Shown here: piece after piece, positions 59,518 through 64,000 of the stretch | Numbering within the stretch: the stretch's first letter is position 1 | Layout: the number at the start of each line of letters is the position of its first letter | From: Bacteriovoracaceae bacterium | GTDB taxonomy: Bacteria; Bdellovibrionota; Bacteriovoracia; Bacteriovoracales; Bacteriovoracaceae | Direction of reading: 5' to 3' | Assembly: GCA_048270185.1 (NCBI GenBank) | Contig: JBLWTJ010000001.1 | Location: 288,001-352,000, forward strand | DNA length: 64,000 bases | Program-made: the position numbers and the translations under genes | The notes under the pieces: generated by a model | Told to the model about the DNA's origin: nothing | What the model saw: the letters and a program-made list of their open reading frames with translations, nothing else | Database searches by the model: none

Positions 59518-60192
59518 GTGTACTTACTTTTAGAAGAAGAGATCCATAACTTAAATTTTTCTCATTATGAATATGAGAAGAAGTATCTTTTCACAAAATC
59601 TCAGTGGCAATATATTCAGTCAGTCTTTGACCATCAATTCCTTGAGGCCCCAGAATTTAGTGCAAATCGAGTTCACTCACTCTACTTTGATACCATCTCC
59701 CTCGAATCGGCCATGCAAGTTGATTCCGGAGAAGAAAGGAAGGAGAAATTTCGTATCCGCTATTATACGACACAAAATAAGCTATCTCCTACTGCATTTG
59801 AAGAAATAAAAATCAAGCGCAATCAAAAGCGTAGCAAGAAAAGAAAGGAGATGGTCATTACTCAAGAGGCCATCAATCAGCTTAGACAAAACGATTATCC
59901 ACTCGAAGATATTTTTAAGAGACTTTTGCCCATTGTGGATCTTAGTTATTCAAGAAAGCGCTTCATTTCAAAGGACGGGCAAATTAAGGCCAATATCGAC
60001 TATGATTTAAGTATTGATTGGACCTCGACATTATTCCCACCAAATAAGGCACAATTTTTTAATAACGATTTAATTATTATTGAGTTAAAATCTAATAATC
60101 TTAGAGTTATTGAAGAGTTTACAAAGAGAAATCCTGAATTTCATGAGTCGAGCTTCTCTAAGTATTACTATTGGGCCCAAAGAATAAGATAG
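59518..60192 (+). CDS. VTC-domain (polyphosphate polymerase, CYTH/TTM-like) protein
   Basis: YEKKY (ExK), SLYFDT, RKEKFRIRYY, EIKIK, YSRK, IELKS and FSKY motifs. Confidence 0.8.
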   Translation: MYLLLEEEIHNLNFSHYEYEKKYLFTKSQWQYIQSVFDHQFLEAPEFSANRVHSLYFDTISLESAMQVDSGEERKEKFRIRYYTTQNKLSPTAFEEIKIKRNQKRSKKRKEMVITQEAINQLRQNDYPLEDIFKRLLPIVDLSYSRKRFISKDGQIKANIDYDLSIDWTSTLFPPNKAQFFNNDLIIIELKSNNLRVIEEFTKRNPEFHESSFSKYYYWAQRIR

Positions 60193-60198
60193 GTTACT

Positions 60199-60870
60199 AT
60201 GGAAGAACAATTACAAAAATTACTACAACTTGATCAAGTAAAAGTACAAAGCATTTTGTCTTATATCGTCGCACTTATTTACAGTTTATATGGAACTATG
60301 TGCTTAGTTGTGATTTTTAAGAAGTTTAAGAAACGTGCTGCTATTATAGATGAAACCTTCATTAACACGATTTACTTTCTGGCCATTGGCTCGACAGCGA
60401 TCTTTATTTCACTACAAAACTCTCTGGCCCTTTCTATCGGTCTAATCGGATCTCTATCAATAATTAGATTTAGAACCCCAATAAAAGACCCTCTACAAAT
60501 GGCCCTAATTTTCTTAACGATTGCAATTTCTCTGCTCTCAGTTATTGGAAATATTTTCTTTATTCTAGTCTTTATCGGCTTTGTTGTGATGGCGCTCTTT
60601 CTTAATGGAGAAAATTCAATCTTTAACTTCTTTAAAAATAATAATCTTCACTCAGGAAAAGTTGTCGTCTCAATTGATAAGACAAAGAATATCAAGGATT
60701 TCTTTGGTGAAGAACAAGCAAAGTTTCTCCAAGTTGAATCCATTGATTCAGGCTTTGAAGAATTGAGTGTTGTGACATTTAAGTTCTCTAACCTTGAACT
60801 TACGACAATTGAAGATCTTAAATCTCAATTTGAAGATAAGGCCAAGAATGTTTCATTCTATATGTATTAA
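60199..60870 (+). CDS. DUF4956 family membrane protein
   Basis: SLALSIGLIGSLSIIRFRTPIKDP signature. Usual neighbour of VTC-domain genes. Confidence 0.85.
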   Translation: MEEQLQKLLQLDQVKVQSILSYIVALIYSLYGTMCLVVIFKKFKKRAAIIDETFINTIYFLAIGSTAIFISLQNSLALSIGLIGSLSIIRFRTPIKDPLQMALIFLTIAISLLSVIGNIFFILVFIGFVVMALFLNGENSIFNFFKNNNLHSGKVVVSIDKTKNIKDFFGEEQAKFLQVESIDSGFEELSVVTFKFSNLELTTIEDLKSQFEDKAKNVSFYMY

Positions 60871-61851
60871 TTATTTTAAAAGATCTTTAATCATTCGGTA
60901 AACAAGCTCCACTTGTGGGCCCGTGCTTAATTGGTAATCAAATCCAGTGTATCCCCACCAGTCCCAACAACCATTTGGATTAGAACCTAATTTTGAAGAT
61001 CTTATCGCCTGAGGAAAGAGAACCACGACATCATAAAGATCAGCAGCTTGAGTAATCTGAGTCTCAGTCATAAAACTCGTCCCAATATCTGAAATAGTCT
61101 GAGCACAACCATGAAAGGCCACATGAAGTGAACACCTCTTACCTTTTGCACATCGGGCCGGAATATAGAGATAGGCCAATTCTCCCATCATCGGGTTTAA
61201 AAGATAGAAACTTCTTCGATAATCATCTTGCGATATTTTCTTAAATTTACCTTTTCTCGTTAAACGATGGGCCTTCTTGTCAGGGTATAACCACTTCATT
61301 GACTCAATTGCACCACTATATGAGCAATTTCCAATATAAGGACTTACTGAACTTTCACAATCCACACCATTTTTTTGTGTCGGATAAGTGTGGCCTGCAG
61401 AAATATCATTTACATACTTAACATCATTAACACCTAAGCGCCCATAGAGGTCATTTAACTCATTTGAGACATATGGAGAAACAACGCTATCTTCCTTACC
61501 AGAAAAGATAAAGACACGATCATCTGAAAGGTTTGAAGGAGTTGGCAAAATACCAAAAGAACTTACCCAGCGAATTGCGGCATTTGATCTGGCCCCTTGT
61601 CCAAAAACACCAGCACCCTTCATGCAAATATTCATCGCGATAAGAGCATCTCCCCCAGCACAACCATAAGGTCCAGCTGCAAAAATCGCAGCACCTTCGA
61701 CTAATTCACTATGAATAATATGGAATTGATGGGCGAAATAACCACCAGAAGAAATACCAGAGACAGTAATTTTCTTTTCAAGCTTTAGCTCAAAATTTTG
61801 GCCCCAAGTATTTAGGCCCAGAAATAATATGATAATTACTTTTTTAATCAT
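60871..61851 (-). CDS. Secreted poly(3-hydroxybutyrate) depolymerase-like esterase
   Basis: VSGISSGG lipase box, G.ED.VV, AGHTYP, LHVAFHGC.Q and NPNGCWDWWGY motifs. Confidence 0.85.
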   Translation of the reverse strand: MIKKVIIILFLGLNTWGQNFELKLEKKITVSGISSGGYFAHQFHIIHSELVEGAAIFAAGPYGCAGGDALIAMNICMKGAGVFGQGARSNAAIRWVSSFGILPTPSNLSDDRVFIFSGKEDSVVSPYVSNELNDLYGRLGVNDVKYVNDISAGHTYPTQKNGVDCESSVSPYIGNCSYSGAIESMKWLYPDKKAHRLTRKGKFKKISQDDYRRSFYLLNPMMGELAYLYIPARCAKGKRCSLHVAFHGCAQTISDIGTSFMTETQITQAADLYDVVVLFPQAIRSSKLGSNPNGCWDWWGYTGFDYQLSTGPQVELVYRMIKDLLK

Positions 61852-62048
61852 AACTCTTGGTTGTGTTCACAAGCAATGCCAGTGATTTCTACTTCTAGCG
61901 TATTGGTTAATATTATCTTTAAACTTTCAGGAGTCTAGAAGTACGCGAGTGAAATGTCTTAGGAATTGTAATTTTTTCTCTGATAATATTTAGTAAATAC
62001 CGTTATTTAGATAACTTAGATAAATTTTACGCAAACGATCCTTTGCCT

Positions 62049-63413
62049 CTAGCGTCTGGTAAAAGTGAGTTTTATTTTCTTATCACTACTAAAGACAAAC
62101 TTCTGTTTTGGCGCTATCTGGTCGAAATCACATGCTGGAGAAATTTTAAAATGAGTTAAAAGATAGTGTGCAATAAGTTTAATCTCAACAGTTGCCATCT
62201 CTCGCCCCAGGCACATTCGTGTACCCATACCGTAAGGTATATATGCTTTACGTTGCTCGCTAGATAATTCTACAAATCGTTCAGGCCTAAATCCTTTGTG
62301 ATCATCACCCCAGACTTGTGAGTTACTTAGAATATCACCTAGGAGAGCGAAGACAATACTACCTTTTTTAATTGAAACTTCACCGGTACTGACAGAATTT
62401 ATTGAAGTATCTTGGCATGCTTCACGAAATAACATAGGAAAGGCCGGCCTAAGCCTTAAGGTCTCACTTAGATAGCGATCGAGTAACTCACAATCAAGGA
62501 TTGCCTTTGTGTTATTAGAGTCAATTTCACTAAGCTTCTGATAAAGTTCTTCTTGCTTTTGCTCTCCTTGCTGACAGATGAAGTATAAAAGCCACGTCAA
62601 AGAAACAGCAGTTGATTCAAATGAAGCACCAACAAGCCCGTAAACATGACCTATAATTTCTTCGTCATTAAGCCCTAATGCTTTTAAGTGGGGAATTAAA
62701 GGGGCAGATTCCCCCGTGTGATTTTGAATTATATTACGGACAAATTCCTTACCTTCTTTTGTGAATTTTCTAAATTTAATATTAGAAATCGTAGGAATGT
62801 ATTTATATAAAGGGCCAAACTGCATACGCTTTGTTAGTTCTTCAATAAGAAATTTTTGGAAGTAAAAGAATTTATCAATACTAACACTAGAATCATAAAA
62901 TTCTTTTTTTGAAAGTTGGAATTGATGCCCAATAAAGAACTCACTTGTCATCGATAAGGCAATTTTCCCCATCAATGTTTCAAGATCATCAGTTGTCGTC
63001 TTATCATCCATCATCTCAACGTATAACTTCATCTTAGAATGAACTATCGGGTGTAATTTCTCAAGATTTGCAGGCGTAAAGAATGAGCTTAACTCCCCTC
63101 TTAGCTTTTGCCATTGTGGACCATCGGCATCAAGTATTGAAGCACGACCTTTATTAATGGCCTTAACCTCATTTAGGGTGCTACCTTTTAAGAAAATATC
63201 GCGATCTTTAACAATAACCTGCTTATAGAGTTCTAAATTTGAAATAACAACAATATTTTTTGTAAGAAGTTTAAAACCATAAGCATCTCCAAGATTCTTA
63301 CTAAATTGGCTCAATTGAGCGTATAGACATCTTTTCAAATCGATTAAATGTAGACTTCCAATAAGTGGAAATGAATTTAGCTTAGGTAGAGTCATGAATA
63401 AAATTATCCTCAA
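62049..63413 (-). CDS. Cytochrome P450
   Basis: ETLR (ExxR), FRPERF and heme motif PYGMGTRMCLG. Start may be the MTLPKL Met. Confidence 0.93.
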   Translation of the reverse strand: MRIILFMTLPKLNSFPLIGSLHLIDLKRCLYAQLSQFSKNLGDAYGFKLLTKNIVVISNLELYKQVIVKDRDIFLKGSTLNEVKAINKGRASILDADGPQWQKLRGELSSFFTPANLEKLHPIVHSKMKLYVEMMDDKTTTDDLETLMGKIALSMTSEFFIGHQFQLSKKEFYDSSVSIDKFFYFQKFLIEELTKRMQFGPLYKYIPTISNIKFRKFTKEGKEFVRNIIQNHTGESAPLIPHLKALGLNDEEIIGHVYGLVGASFESTAVSLTWLLYFICQQGEQKQEELYQKLSEIDSNNTKAILDCELLDRYLSETLRLRPAFPMLFREACQDTSINSVSTGEVSIKKGSIVFALLGDILSNSQVWGDDHKGFRPERFVELSSEQRKAYIPYGMGTRMCLGREMATVEIKLIAHYLLTHFKISPACDFDQIAPKQKFVFSSDKKIKLTFTRR

Positions 63414-63466
63414 TGAGCTTTAATTGTTTCTTGATTAAATCAATATATCTTATATAATTTTAACAT

Positions 63467-64000
63467 ATGAAATTTAAGTTTCTCTACCTTATCGACAAGT
63501 ATGTTGGTAATCTGTTGCTTTTTCTAATAAAAATTCTAGTTCCAGCAACAAGTTCGAACTCACATGCACAAAGAGGTAGGGCCATTATTAAAATCGGTGA
63601 AATTGGCGCTCTGGCCATTCTCTTTAAAGACTGCCAAATCAAAGCTGATGATTCATTCATTGTCCTCGAAGAACAAGTAGAATTCCTAAAGTCTCAAGGG
63701 ATTCACGATGATCGAATCTTTTATTGTAACAAGAAAAGTATGGGATCAATGGCCTCTTCAATCTTGAAAATGATCAGTGAAATTAGAAGCAAACAATTTT
63801 ATGAAGTAGTTAACCTCGATCCAGTTGTTAACTTCTCTAAGATTATTTCGGCCCTAATAAAGGCCCCTATAAAAAAGTCACTTAAACTCGATTTGGCCGA
63901 TACAAAGCATATATCTAGTTACTATTTGAATTTCTTTGAACATACAGCTCCGTATAAGACAGATACAAAGAGAGAAAATATTATTCTCATAAACGCCAAT
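63467..64000 (+). CDS. Probable glycosyltransferase family 9 (heptosyltransferase-like), partial; not in the ORF track
   Basis: Read by hand: MKFKFLYLIDKYVG...IIKIGEIGALAIL...YEVVNLD...IILINAN, open to the window end. Confidence 0.55.
   Translation, partial: MKFKFLYLIDKYVGNLLLFLIKILVPATSSNSHAQRGRAIIKIGEIGALAILFKDCQIKADDSFIVLEEQVEFLKSQGIHDDRIFYCNKKSMGSMASSILKMISEIRSKQFYEVVNLDPVVNFSKIISALIKAPIKKSLKLDLADTKHISSYYLNFFEHTAPYKTDTKRENIILINAN

Noticed and set aside
61866..61882. Sigma54-like box upstream of the PHB depolymerase
   Set aside because: The -12 position reads GA rather than the near-invariant GC.
63431..63443. FNR-like TTGAT-TAA-ATCAA
   Set aside because: The spacer is 3 bp rather than the required 4, in a very AT-rich context.

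Overview
An AT-rich bacterial chromosome segment. Gene content and protein style point to a predatory Bdellovibrionota, Halobacteriovorax/Bacteriovorax-like organism (inference): many secreted hydrolases, giant Cys-rich secreted hypothetical proteins and R-x-P-A/S-S motifs. Housekeeping parts are the tilS end-ftsH-folP block, tldD-pmbA, htpX, and a lysine-riboswitch-controlled lysC-dapB-dapA-dapD-lysA operon divergent from asd. About a dozen peptidase/amidase genes are present. There are also three proteins over 1100 aa of unknown function, a KamA-family radical SAM enzyme, a cyclic-nucleotide-gated K+ channel, a BspA/DUF285 repeat lipoprotein, a VTC + DUF4956 pair, a PHB depolymerase-like gene and a cytochrome P450. 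The best candidate for an undescribed system is at about 49.7-53.8 kb. A Xer-like tyrosine recombinase is translationally coupled to an unknown upstream protein, directly downstream of a palindromic dif-like site (14-6-14, CATAA-N6-TTATG core). A second 11-6-11 palindrome with the same ATAA-N6-TTAT core lies about 4 kb away. Regulatory signals read by eye include two sigma54 promoters, sigma28-like promoters, CsrA-type GGA hairpins, RBS-sequestering hairpins and a symmetric bidirectional promoter. I saw no rRNA, tRNA, CRISPR array or transposase. All family calls are by motif recognition, without database searches.
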